Part shown: positions 25,555 through 38,487 of the stretch, piece after piece | How positions within the stretch are numbered: the stretch's first letter is position 1 | Layout of the letters: each line of letters opens with the position of its first letter | NCBI GenBank assembly: GCA_965649765.1 | Contig: OZ287748.1 | Span: 52,204,001 to 52,268,000, forward strand | Length of the DNA: 64,000 nucleotides | Direction of reading: 5' to 3' | Origin: Bispira polyomma | Taxonomy: Eukaryota | Position numbers and translations under genes: made by a program | The notes under the pieces: generated by a model | Told to the model about the DNA's origin: nothing | Databases searched by the model: none | Seen by the model: the letters and a program-made list of their open reading frames with translations, nothing else

Positions 25555-26735
25555 CAGAGGACTAAAACTGTAAAACACATGAGAGGACTAAAACTGTAAA
25601 ACACATGAGATGACTAAAACTGTAAAACACATGAGAGGACTAAAACTGTATAACACATGAGAGGACTAAAACTGTAAAACACAGGAGATGACTAAAACTG
25701 CAAAACACATGAGATGACTAAAACTGTAAAACACATGAGAGGACTAAAACTGTAAAACACATGAGAGGACTAAAACTCTAAAGCACATGAGAGAACTAAT
25801 ACTCTAAAGCACATGAGAGAACTAAGGCAGTAAAATACACGAAATAACTAAAACTGTAAAACACATGAGAGGACTAAAACTCTAAACCACATGAGAGAAC
25901 TAAGGCAGTAAATTACATGAAATAACTAAAACTGTAAAACACATGAGAGGACTAAAACTCTAAACCACATGAGAGAACTAATACTCTAAACCACATGAGA
26001 GAACTAAAACTCTAAACCACATGAGAGAACTAATACTCTAAACCACATGAGAGAACTAATACTCTAAAGCACATGAGAGAACTAAGGCAGTAAAATACAT
26101 GAAATAACTAAAACTGTAAAACACATGAGAGAACTAAGACTATAAAACACACAAGAGAACTAAGATTGTTAAACACATAAGATAACTAAGACTGTACAAA
26201 GCATGAGATAACTAAAACTGTAAAACACATGAGAGGACTAAAACTCTAAACCATATGAGAGAACTAATACTCTAAAACACATTAGAGAACTAAGGCAGTA
26301 AAATACATGAGATAACTAAACTCTAAAACACATGAGAGGACTAAAACTCTAAACCACATGAGAGAACTAATACTCTAAACCACATGAGAGAACTAATACT
26401 CTAAAGCACATGAGAGAACTAAGGCAGTAAAATACATGAAATAACTAAAACTGTAAAACACATGAGAGGACTAAAACTCTAAACCATATGAAAGAACTGA
26501 TACTCTAAAACACATGAGAGAACTAAGGCAGTAAAATACATGAGATAACTAAACTGTAAAACACATGAGAGGACTAAGACTCTAAAACATATAAAATAAC
26601 TAAGACTGTAAAACACATAAGAGGAATAAGACTGTAAAACACATAAGAGAACTAAGACTGTTAAACACATGAGAGAGCTAAGTCTGTAAACACATGAGAG
26701 AACTAATTCTGTAAACACATAAGAGGACTAAAACA
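25555..26735. repeat. Minisatellite, 26-bp unit with higher-order variants, about 45 copies
   Basis: GAGAGGACTAAAACTGTAAAACACAT tandem. Confidence 0.95.
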
Positions 26736-27033
26736 ATTATATCTGCATTATCAACAACTAGATCACACAGCCCTCAGAATGATACATATTATTTCTTATA
26801 ATTAAATTTCTTATTAGATCAATGAAAAGTACACTTGACATAATATGGACTTTGTAATATACTGTTGTAACATTAGGAGACTGACTATGCAAAATCACAC
26901 CAATCGGAGAGACGTATGCTGCTGATGTGCGTATCAAATGATAAAGCAGAGTCAATAGTAACTAAGGTTTTTGACGTTATTAGAAGGTTGTATATATTTT
27001 CATAGTAGTACAATGGGGAATAATGATCTTAAT

Positions 27034-27895
27034 TACTCTAAGCTCACTGTATGTTCCGCTACCAATGAGAATGAAATCAGTTTGTCTAGATTTTATTTCA
27101 ATTTGGAGTAATTGATCCAAGCCTGGACTGAGGAGAGATAGTCAGCAAGTAGACTAAGAATTTTGTGGGCATTGTGAGGGGTTGAAAGATAGATTTGAGT
27201 GTCATAATCCAATCAAGGACAGTGCCGTTTAGTCCAAGCCATTGTTTAAGGGTGTCAAACAGCAAACCATGGTCAATGGTATAAAAATGTGGAGGGTGAC
27301 TGCTACACTTTTATCAAGATACAAAGCAAGCTTTGTATCATTACTGATGAAAAGTAGGGCACTGACATCACATTGGATATCATATCACTGATATCATATC
27401 ATATTTGGCATATCAAAAGAATCAGAAATCACTTGAGCAGATGTTGCCATTAATATTGCTAATTCCCGTGTCAGTAGCCGCCTTGGTTGTAGCAATTGCC
27501 CTTTGTTTGGGGTAAAAAGTCTCACATTAAGAAGTTACAATCTATTCAAAACTGTACCTAAAAATGACATTGGCTTACCATTGATTATAGAATTTTGTTT
27601 AAAATCTTGTTCTACCTTGGGGCTCGTGTTTTATTTCTGTTTCCCCTGTAAACCCACAAAGATCTAGAGTTTTCTCAATTGCTGCACTATGTTAAAGAAT
27701 AGTCTCCTAGTTGAGATTAGATCACTTAGAACACTTTCTAATTTTAGGAAAAAAGCTTTAAACACATCTCTTCAACCTCACTTAGCCCCCTTAGTTCCCT
27801 CCCTCACACCACGTTTTTTAACTTCTCAATTGATTTTGTTGTTGCACATGCCTCGCATCAAAAAGGCACGTCAAAAATGCAAGATACAATACAAT
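27034..27895. mobile_element. Decayed L2-group LINE with inverted 5' segment
   Basis: Minus strand about 27045-27360 gives TIDHGLL...WLGLNGTVLDW, DTQIYLS and FILIGS; plus strand from about 27405 gives HIKRIRNHL...VSSRL through a (TACAA) tail; ATCTTAAT on both flanks. Confidence 0.72.
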
Positions 27896-27902
27896 ATCTT
27901 AA

Positions 27903-28493
27903 TATGAGTTTGAGAGAACTACATGCAAAGTCTAATAGGTATGAGTTTGAGAGAACTACATATAAAGTCTAATAGGTATATGTTGGAGAGAATTACATGC
28001 AAAGTCTAATAGGTATGAGTTTGAGAGAACTACATGCAAAGTCTAATAGGTATAAGTTGGAGTGAACTACATGTAATGTCTAATAGGTATGAGTTTAAGA
28101 GAACTACATGCAAAGTCTAATAGGTATGAGTTTGAGAGAACTACATATAAAGTCTAATAGGTATAAGTTGGAGAGAATTACATGCAAAGTCTAATAGGTA
28201 TGAGTTTGAGAGAACTACATGCAAAGTCTAATAGGTATAAGTTGGAGAGAACTACATGTAATGTCTAATAGGTATGAGTTTAAGAGAACTACATGCAAAG
28301 TCTAATAGGTATGAGTTTGAGAGAACTACATGTAAAGTCTAATAGGTATAAGTTGGAGAGAATTACATGCAAAGTCTAATAGGTATGAGTTTGAGAGAAC
28401 TACATGCAAAGTCTAATAGGTATAAGTTGGAGAGAACTACATCTAATGTCTAATAGGTATGAGTTTAGGAGAATTACATGCAAAGTCTAATAG
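27903..28493. repeat. Minisatellite, 37-bp unit, about 16 copies
   Basis: GTATGAGTTTGAGAGAACTACATGCAAAGTCTAATAG tandem. Confidence 0.95.
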
Positions 28494-28494
28494 C

Positions 28495-29990
28495 TCAAAC
28501 CAGCCCAAATGGCTAACTACCTGTCGGCCATTAAGGCCCAATTAATCATCCATAATGTGCCAGTACAGGCTTTTAGTAATCCCAGGATAGCCTACCATCA
28601 GAAGGCCGCCTTATTGGCCACACCATTGCATGTCAAACTTAAGAAGGTCATCGATATCAGTACTCTAAAGATATTGTGTCTATCCGTCAGGGCCCTGTGG
28701 GCTGCTTTAGCTATAACACCTCCGGGCAACAACTCACACTTGTTTCAATACAAACTGAATCAGACATGGCTTTCGCTTACAGATACCAGGGTCTGAGGGC
28801 ATTTCAAAATTGTTCCTAAAAAATTAAGCCTTGGAAACTCAGGGCTTGCCTTCCATGCCTTCCGACGATCAGGTGCCAACTTTACTTTTAATCACAATGT
28901 CAGTATCCAAAACATTCAGAAACACGGCACCTGGATGTCCAACTGTATGTGGCGGGATGTCATTGATTCTGTTGATGCCGGTCAGCCGGTAGCTAATACT
29001 TTTAAACAGCACCTATAACGTGCCACCTTTCCCTTATCTCCCACACTCTTGTTGATTGTGTTCTGAAGTTACAAAATTAAATATTGTCGCTTGTATTCTT
29101 GCTTAAGTCCTCTTGTAAAGTTAAATAATTTATGGTAACGTTAAGTTACCATAAAAAAACTAGAATAAATGTTAAACCTCATGTTACCATAAAAACAGTG
29201 GAATAAATATTGAACTGCATATGACAGTGTTGCTCATTTGACCTCTACCTAACCCTGACCCCACTTCACTGGTACACATAGAACTGTAGTGGGTGATGCC
29301 TTAGCAGCACCACTCTTAGTTCTGGTACCAGTCTAATGTGGTTGAAATAAACCACTAGGGGTCATGGGTGCAAGTATATAAAGCATTGGTGCCTGTATCA
29401 GCACCATTGTTGTAAATTTTTGTTAAGAGGATAGAGTATTTTTACAACTCACCCTTACCCACCCGGTGATTGTCTTTTAGCTTCCACATTATTGTACCAC
29501 CAGCCAAGGTGGCACAATGGTTAGTCATAACCTGGTTCTTCCACTGGTATGGTCTTTGTTAATTCTGTTCCATCACAGCACATTCTAGTAATCTTCATAT
29601 ATGTTACTGTTCTTGTGTTTCCTCGGTCAGTGGGCAGGGTGCTTCTAGTTAGTGGGATAGGCATTCACCTATCCAGGTATCCAGTATATCCTTTAATACA
29701 ATTAACAAGTTTTGTTAAAACTGAAATGTTGAGCTTGTGTTCTCAGTTATAAATTTAACCTTGTTGCTTGTATTGTTGCTTGCATTCTCAGTTGGAAATT
29801 AAATCTTGTTGCTTGTGTTCTGAAGTTACAAAATTAAATATTGTCGCTTGTATTGTTGCTTGCGTTATCAGTAACAACTTCAATGTTGTGGCTTGTTTCT
29901 TTCAAAGTTAAATTAATTTTAACTTTCTATCCATGCATATATATAACTAGTTAAAAAATTGTTGTTGCTTGTGTTCTTTGAAAGTTAAGT
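28495..29990 (+). mobile_element. Ngaro-like tyrosine-recombinase retrotransposon 3' fragment
   Basis: YR remnant (ANYLSAIK, SVRAL, FHAFRRSGA, IQKHGTWMS) to about 29018, then noncoding region with a TATA box at about 29376 and direct repeats at about 29057 and 29814. Confidence 0.7.
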
Positions 29991-30051
29991 GAATAGGATC
30001 TGATATATTGCCCTAGGATCGAACGTATCGTCAATAGGATCTGACGGATTA

Positions 30052-30877
30052 GTTCATCCCACAGGTCTGTAAGGCCATCATCCAGGAATACGAGACTGAA
30101 AATCTAGCCTGCCCAACCACCCCCACTGACTGGCTGAAACTGGAGGAAGTCCATAGAACCCGATGGAATGTGCTTCATGCTGTAGGCTCTGTTGATGGAA
30201 AGCATGTGGCCATAAAGAAACCCCCCAAGGCTGGGAGTGAAATTTACAACTACAAGGGCTACAACTCAATAGTCCTCTTAGCCCTGGTTGATGCTGATTA
30301 CTGATTCATTTGGATGGACGTTGCTGCAGTGGTTCCTGTTCAGATGCTCAAATTTTCAACCACTCAGATTGAAGATGGATCCATCGGCCTTCCCAGACCA
30401 GCATCACTGTTTGAGGGATCTCGACGAGATGTTGGCTACTTTCTGCTGGGGGACGACGCCTTCGCTCTGAAAACCTGGTTAATGAAGCCCTATTCAAGGA
30501 GAAACCTCACCAACCACGAAAGGATATGTAATTACCGGATATCAAGGAGAAGTAGGGTGGTTAAGAATACCTTCGAGATATTGGTCAGCAGGTTCCGACT
30601 TCTGCTGACCATCATGCAACAGCATCCTTTGGTTGCATCAAACCTAACTTTAACCTGTGTGATACTGCATAACATTTTAAGAAGCCGGTGTGGCATCGCA
30701 GCCCTGGAGAATCCCAACCCTCAAGATGACCACCTGAGCCTGAGGAGAACCTGATGGTGGATCAACCAGAAAAAGCAATCAGAAACGCCACCACAGGGGC
30801 AAAACAGCAAAAGGGACACACTGATGGACTACTTCATGAATGAGGGGGCAGTCCCTTGGCAAAATGAGCGAATATGA
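30052..30877 (+). pseudogene. Harbinger (HARBI1-like) DDE transposase, 5'-deleted and disrupted
   Basis: VDGKHVAIKKP, YNYKGYNSIVLLALVDADY, LGDDAFAL..WLMKPY, NYRISR..RVV.NTF, CVILHN, VPWQ. Confidence 0.9.
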
Positions 30878-31559
30878 ACTTTTACCTGAGCCTGATGAGA
30901 AGCCACCTGAGCCTGAGCCTAACCACTTGAGTCTGATGAGAAGCCACCCCGAGCTGTGCTGTAACCAAAAAGGTCTTTTTCAGGACCACCCAAATTTTTA
31001 AAGATCAATGTCTAAGCTATTTGTTACACCTCTCACCCCTAACCCAAACCCACTTTACACAAAACACTGAAAAACTATTATTATAATACATTCGAACCCA
31101 AGGCCCTACACTTACACTTACATTATAAATCCCTACTGACCACAATAAGATATAACATAAAGATTCCCCAGTAATACATAGTTCATGGCCCATTCACTGT
31201 TATAGATCACTTTTTCAAAATTTGTCATTCGTGTTACTACTTGTTTAGGGGCAAAACTGAGTTCAAACCCCAAAAAGTAGTGTGACCACTCATTTGGAAG
31301 ATTTTAATCTTAGGATTTTTATTTTTATTTTGTCTACAAAAAAATCTTTGCATTGCATCACTACAGAAATCTAAGTTTAAGAAAAGTTTCTCAATTCCTT
31401 TTCCTCAAAATTATTTCTGGATTATTTCTTTCCCCAAAAACAAACACAATGCATGTGGGCATGGGGAGTATGTATCTCAATTTGGTACTTACTGGGTTAT
31501 TTTGGAGAGACTTTGTATTGTTTTTCTTTTTTAAACAATTTATTACCATTATTGTCAAA

Positions 31560-32206
31560 CACTTGGGCTTGTGAACTTCTGTGGGTGCTTCTCATGCTGT
31601 TCTCAGCTGCGCTATCCAAGCCAATACTGGAGCATCTGGAGATGTCGTGAGGTGACTCTGTAATACGGGGTAAGGAAGCTCCTGGGATGGATGACGTGGA
31701 CGGCTTGAAAGAAGATGATTTCACATGGCGAACGATGTGGGAGCCTAGGAATGCAAACCTACACATCAACCAGTTCTCCCTCTAGGTAAAGTTTGGGGCA
31801 GCTTGCCAAAATCCTCCAATAATCTCTTCTTACGGGCTCGATCCTTGAATTGTTCATGTCTCTTGTGGTGCAGTACTTCATTATCCTTAACAAACTCTAC
31901 TGTGGTCTCCTCGTCCTCCTCTGATAAAATGACATGGACCATCTTGCCGACCTTCTTCACTCTACTGCGGTACTGGGACTAATCCTTCAATCTCTGGGAT
32001 GAATTCTTCAATCCCTGTGACGAATCCTTCAATCCTTCTCTCTCACTTCTTTCACTAAGGGTGGGGCTCTCCCTCTGATCTCTCCTCTTTCTCTGAGCCT
32101 CCAGCTCATCTGCAGAAATCCCTATCTCAAACTCTGCCTCTCTCTCTGTCTCCACTTCCTTCTCCTTTACTGCCATCTTTCTCTTCATTCTCCTAAATCT
32201 TGGCAT
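31560..32206 (-). pseudogene. Harbinger MADF/Myb-like DNA-binding protein remnant
   Basis: LSEEDEETTVEFVKDNEVLHHKRHEQFKDRARKKRLLE resembles a MADF domain; position and orientation are typical of Harbinger ORF2. Confidence 0.7.
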
Positions 32207-32988
32207 CTTGCTGATATTAATGATGTGTGTATCAAAAAACCTAACTTTAAAACTTGCCCTAAACTCAAAACATATAACTAATTAAAAACAATAAAAATCC
32301 CTCTCTACAAAAAACACAACTCATATAACCAGCCAGCAATCTCCAAATATAACGAGTCCAGTACTGCCAGGATGTTTTTATACACAAACACCCGACCTGC
32401 ATAAGTTCGATCCTATTGGTCAGTACTGAATACATCAGATCCTAATGCTGATAAGTACTGTCCTATCCTCCCCCCATTCGATCCTCACCCTCTCCCAGCA
32501 GATCTGATTGCCAATACATTCTGTCCTACTGTGTTAAGTTCAATCATGATTAAAAAACGTATCGACACCAAGTTCTGCCGTGGTGACAAAAAGTTCTGTC
32601 GGGGAGCAATATGTCAGATCGGGACACAAATAAGTTTTATCTGATTGTCGCCTTGATCTGTCGGATTGAAAAAGGGCGGATCTGAGTAGGATAGAACAGG
32701 CTCACAGATAGGACAGGCCGGGAGTGCGATAAGATCTATCAGACAGAACGTATTGACAATACGATTGAACTTATCCATCAATACGATTTCGAGGTCCGGG
32801 ACGCAAATAAGGACACTTTTCAAAAAAGTTAAGCATGCTTAGCTTTCTTAGCGACCTTTCCAACCGCCCCGTTTTTGCCCCCCGGCCTTCCCGTACATGC
32901 CCCGGACCTCAAAGTCGGGAAGGTCGGGGACCAAATCCTGATAGTGGAACCACCATTAATCAAAATTTCGTACAGTATTATTAATATA

Positions 32989-33223
32989 ATCTGAAAAATG
33001 ATAATCAAGTAAAGTAATAGAAGATTGTCCCTTAAATTTATTTTTGTTTAGCCAACTGAAGACAAATCATGGCTAAAATTTGTCCGAGAAATCAGATACC
33101 TTACAAATAGCTTATTATCAATAAAATCTGAAATATGATAATCAAGTAAAGTAATAGAAGATTGTCCCTTGAATATTTTATTTGTTAAGCCAAGTGAAGA
33201 CAAATCACGGCTAAAATTTGTCC
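32989..33223. repeat. Local tandem duplication (about 100 bp twice, period about 137)
   Basis: AATCTGAAA..TGATAATCAAGTAAAGTAATAGAAGATTGTCCCTT...GGCTAAAATTTGTCC present twice. Confidence 0.85.
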
Positions 33224-33647
33224 AATCACAGGACTTAGATGTTTGTCAATTATTTTGGGTTTTTGCCATTCTTTTGTCATAATAAATCAGTGTTATAAAA
33301 TATATACATGTTCAGGTATATTGTAGGATTTGAATTTATCTTAAGTTGCTACACAATCAGTGTAATGACACAAACTGTCCAAGAAATCAGATACCTTACA
33401 AATAGCTGTCTCCTACAAACATGACCCAACTCGCTATATGGACTTTTCTCAATTTCCATCAAGTCATCAAATTGGGTAGAAATATTGTCTGGATGTTTTT
33501 CTGCTGCACTGGTTGCTGTACGCTTGGTTTGGAAAGCTGATATTTGACATAGCACAGTTTTAATGGCTGGCTGTTCCAGTAGAATCAGCATCCTATAAAA
33601 CAGACCATTCTGTAAGTGTGTACTTCAGTGGAATTTAGAACTGGCAT

Positions 33648-33880
33648 TTCTACTGAGAGAGAATTGTTAGTATGACTGGAGTATGCTTCTTCTCTGTAGT
33701 CAGGTGTAGGTCATATTTTCACTGACAGAGAATTGTTAGTATGACTGGACTATGTTTATCTGTAGTCAGGTGTGGGTCATATTTTCACTGACAGAGAATT
33801 GTTAGTATGACTGGACTATGTTTATCTGTAATCAGGTGTCGGTCATATTTCCACTGAGAGAAAATTGTTGAGAGACTGGA
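33648..33880. repeat. 66-69-bp tandem repeat, about 3.5 copies
   Basis: ACTGACAGAGAATTGTTAGTATGACTGGACTATG... at 33652, 33721, 33787, 33853. Confidence 0.9.
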
Positions 33881-34765
33881 CTTTGTGTTCAATATTCACA
33901 TTGGAAAAAGGGACATGTGCGTCTAATAGGTTTCTATCAATGTACCAATAAATGTAAACTTGTCAACAAAGGTTCAATACACAACAGACTGGTCTTTCAA
34001 ATACAAACGAGTGTCGGGTTCCGACAATTAAGATCTTATTGACTTAAAATGACTTTTATCACAGGTTATACACGGCATATACCGATGGCATACACTCGGA
34101 ACAAACAATACTCTAGTACACATACAAACTAAAGTCTGCAGCAGAAACAGAAATTAGAAAGTGATCACTGAAAACAGTTGAGCTGCTGTATGTGTGTGTG
34201 GTTTGTGCCACTCTGAATGAGCACATTACTGACCAACACTGTAAAAAGTAGAAACCTGTTGTTGAGGAGACATATTTTATGTGTGTGATTTTAGTACAGC
34301 CGCGTCCTACAAGCGCCGTCAACAAATTTGGTCAAATTGGTGTTAGGTTAGACTAGTCAGTTTTCGGTGATGTCACCAGTGTTAATTAGTGTTCTCTGGT
34401 TTAAATCAAATGGTTTTAATATCTGATACAAACAAAATTGGTGTTTTATCCATGTATCCATGGAGTTTTTGCACCATCTCTAACTTATAATTCCAGAGTA
34501 ATACAATATCTACAACTTTTTAATGTCATATGAAATTCAAAATTATGTATAAAATTTATGTACAAGAAAATTCTATGTACAATCTATGTACAAGAAAATT
34601 CTGTTAATTCTAGATGATACGGGGGATTCTAAACGTGAAAGGGTCCAGTATTGTGTCAATGAATGTCCCAATGAGTTAGAAAGGGCTTTTTTTTATGATT
34701 TAGACTGTGTAAACATGCTAAAGAACACACCCCTCCACTGCCACTGTTAGTTCTTTGTGTTGTAA

Positions 34766-35062
34766 TGACGTCCAGTGTCGCCACCTAACGAGTAGTATGG
34801 ACTACATAGGAGTAACTAATCTGATTGGTTCTAGCCAGCAGATGGAACTTGCCTGTGAGTGATAAGAAATGACGGTTCCATGACTTTTTCCTCGCGAGGG
34901 GTTTCCAAAGAAAAAATAACTAGTGGCGCAGATCTGCAGTTTATGGGCAACTGGCCGAGATTTGTAGTGTTGTGTTTGGTGTGGATGTGTTAGATGTATG
35001 TAGGTATTACTGCTCAGTGGTGCTCATTACACTGATTACAGGATACTAACTTTATTAACAAG
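34766..35062 (+). promoter_or_regulatory. Putative promoter and non-coding first exon of Pcdh-B
   Basis: CpG-containing unique patch with TGACGT, CGCCACCTA, reverse CCAAT (34824-28), CTCGCGAG (34891-98) and a strong AAG|GTGAGT donor at 35063. Confidence 0.35.
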
Positions 35063-35614
35063 GTGAGTTATACCACTTTCATGAAATCTAGACTGTTCAT
35101 ACACAGTTGTAAGGATGTCACACATAAGGTAGTAAACTACTTCACTCACAATCACAAACTCTACAAAAAATGTTCATCTTCATTTTACTTAATGTATTGA
35201 TTTTACAGCAAAATAAGATATTTGATGAGCTTGCAGTGAAGATGTTTTCACATTAGTCACTTGAAGTATTGACTATGTGACACCTTGTCAGTTGCAATAA
35301 ATTACAATAAAAATACACCTCCCTACACACAGTCTTTCACTGAGGTCTAAGGCATTCCCGGGCAAATCGCACGTCACTTTTGTGAAATCATTGTTGTATT
35401 TGCAGAGACTCCAGTTTAAGAGAGCATTACTTTGGATGGGTGTTAATATGAGAGGTATCTTAGTGGTCACTGGACTTGTTAACCCTATATTACACCGAGG
35501 AGTTTTAGTGAGGTATTGTCAAGGAAGCGTGGAATATAAAACATCAGATATATGTATCAAATGGAGTGCACATTAATTGAGAAGTGAGGGAGGCAAAGAC
35601 GGGTGATAGTTACC

Positions 35615-37350
35615 TAGGTGAGGTGTACTAAATGGTAACACATGGTAACTTTACAGATGTGTACTGAGGGGTGAGGTGTACTAAATGGTAACACATGTTA
35701 ACTTCACATATGTGGATGTGTACTGAGGGGTGAGGAGTCTGTACTAAATGGTAACACATGTTAACTTTACAGATGTAGGTGTGTACTGAGGGGTGAGGTG
35801 TACTAAATGGTAACACACGTTGACTTTACAGATGTAGGTGTGTACTGAGGGGTGAGGTGTACTAAATGATAACACATGTTAATTACACAGATGTTGATGT
35901 GTACTGAGGGGTCAGGAGTCTGTACTAAATGGTAACACATGTTAATTACACAGATGTTGTGTACTGAGAGGTGAGGAGTTTGTACTAAATGGTAACACAT
36001 GTTAACTTTACAGATGTAGGTGTGTACTGAGGGATGGGGAGTCTGTACTAAATGATAACACATGTTTATTACTGAGGGGTGAGGTGTACTAAATGGTAAC
36101 ACATGTTAATTACTGAGGGGTGGGGAGTCTTTACTAAATTATTACACATGTTAATTACTGAGGGGTGGGGAGTCTGTACCAAATGATTACACATGTTAAT
36201 TACACAGTTGTAGGTGTGTATTGGGGGGTGGGGAGTCTGTACTAAATGTTAACAGATGTTAATTACACAGTTGTAGGTGTGTACTGAGGGGTGGGGAGTC
36301 TGTACTAAATGGTAACACATGTTTATTACTGAGGGGTGAGGTGTACTAAATGGTAACACATGTTAATTACTGAGGGGTGGGGAGTCTTTACTAAATTATT
36401 ACACATGTTAATTACTGAGGGGTGGGGAGTCTGTACCAAATGATTACACATGTTAATTACACAGTTGTAGGTGTGTATTGGGGGTGGGGAGTCTGTACCA
36501 AATGATTACACATGTTAATTACACAGTTGTAGATGTGTACTGAGGGGTGGGGAGTCTGTACTAAATGGTAACAGATGTTAATTACACAGTTGTAGGTGTG
36601 TACTGAGGGGTGGGGAGTCTGTACTAAATGGTAACAGATGTTAAATACATAGTTGTAGGTGTGTACTGGGGGGTGGGGAGTCTGTACTAAATGGTAACAG
36701 ATGTTAATTACACAGTTGTAGGTGTGTACTGGGGGGTGGGGAGTCTGTACTAAATGGTAACACATGTTAATTACACAGTTGTAGGTGTGTACTGGGGGGT
36801 GGGGAGTCTGTACTAAATTATTACACATGTTAATTACTGAGGGTGGGGAGTCTGTACTAAATGGTAACACATGTTAATTACTGAGGGGTGGGGAGTCTGT
36901 ACTAAATTATTACACATGTTAATTACTGAGGGGTGGGGAGTCTGTACCAAATGATTACACATGTTAATTACACAGTTGTAGGTGTGTACTGAGGGTGGGG
37001 GGTCTGTACTAAATGGTAACAGATGTTAATTACTGAGGGTGGGGAGTCTGTATTAAATGGTAACACATGTTAATTACTGAGGGGTGGGGAGTCTGTATTA
37101 AATTATTATACATGTTAATTACTGAGGGGTGGGGAGTCTTTACTAAATTATTACACATGTTAATTACTGAGGGGTGGGCAGTCTGTACTAAATAGTAACA
37201 AATGTTAATTACTGACGGGTTGGAAGTCTACTAAATGGTAACACATGTTAATTACTGAGGGGTAGGGAGTCTGTACTAAATGGTAACACATGTTAATTAC
37301 TAAGGGGTGGGCAGTCTGTACTAACTTACAGCCCATGTTAATTACACAGA
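35615..37350. repeat. Complex minisatellite (about 43-bp and 64-bp unit variants)
   Basis: TGTACTAAATGGTAACACATGTTAATTAC(ACAGTTGTAGGTGTGTAC)TGAGGGGTGGGGAGTC repeats. Confidence 0.95.
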
Positions 37351-38311
37351 TGAGGGGTGTTAGCATTTGGCAGGAATAATTATATGTTCTCCAACCTTAG
37401 TAGAAAGTACTTTGTTAAACTTTGGCACACAACAGGACCATGAACATGTTTGTGGCAATATATTAATCATAATGAATGGTCTGTTTCCCATTTATTTAGT
37501 AACGGTAAGAGAGTGGTTTAATTGTCTAGAATCCTTATAGGGGAGTGTATTGATCCCATTGACCAGATAACCTTTGCTGTAGCACTACTAGCGTGTCTGT
37601 GTGGACCGTTGTGGTGTAAAGATGGACCATTTCCTGCTCCCTACTGCTCTAATGGTGTGTGTCTGTGGGGGGGGGGGGGGGGGGGGGCACTTGTGGACAT
37701 GCTATGTAAAAGGAGGAAAACCATGACATTCACACTACCTTACATTGGCTACACGCGACTGTAAGTAAAGCAAAGGTTGCCAAGGGCACCAGCACAGAAA
37801 ATGTCAGAGCAAATGCCAATCAGTAGGGTATTTATGTAATTGTGAGGCCCTAACTCAGAGAAGTCTTTGTATTCTACTCACTGTTTATACATATTTACCC
37901 GTTCCTCCTAGTTGTAGACATATTATGTGGACATGGTGATATAGATAGACTGGAGTTCTTGAGAGAGGGCACATATAAACCATGGTAACAGTCATTAATC
38001 CATACACACACTTAGTTATGATCACAATGTGTATGTAACATGTCCGATAGACAATTTCATTCAGACCATCTACATACTACACTATTAAACTCCTGCTTTG
38101 GAGATACCTATTGTTTAAAACAGATGTTTCTTTTTAAAGAATGTCATGTCTGCTTTCTGTGCCACATTAATAAATGACCTTTAATAAATTATTCAGTTTA
38201 AGTTTACATTGGTACATCACAGTTAGTAACTTTTAAATATATATTACATATATTTATCGAAATTATAATATTAAATTATATTACCTTAAAATTGTATCCC
38301 CTTACCTTTAT

Positions 38312-38487
38312 TTATAATAATAATGAGTGTATGTGTATTTAGAAATTCGAAATGGCTTAAACAATACTTAAAAATACAATTTCTAGTCAGGTGTTTCTTT
38401 AAATTAATAGTCATCGCCTTCGGCTTGGACCATTAATTTTAAAGAAACACCTGATTCTCGGCTATACTCCTACACATATTATTATAA
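38312..38487. mobile_element. Short palindromic (foldback) element, MITE-like
   Basis: 38387-38454 forms a long stem around GCCTTCGGC; outer imperfect inverted repeats TTATAATAAT.../...ATTATTATAA. Confidence 0.55.

Larger units (their letters stand above)
29993..32957 (+). mobile_element. PIF/Harbinger transposon, decayed autonomous copy lacking left end
   Basis: DDE nuclease (+) and MADF-like gene (-) convergent; right TIR GTGGAACCACCATT; ATAGGATC subterminal motifs. Confidence 0.9.

Noticed and set aside
37667-37688. Poly-G run (also about 3090-3108) as G-quadruplex element or Gly-rich ORF
   Set aside because: Simple homopolymers of unreliable length; no supporting context.
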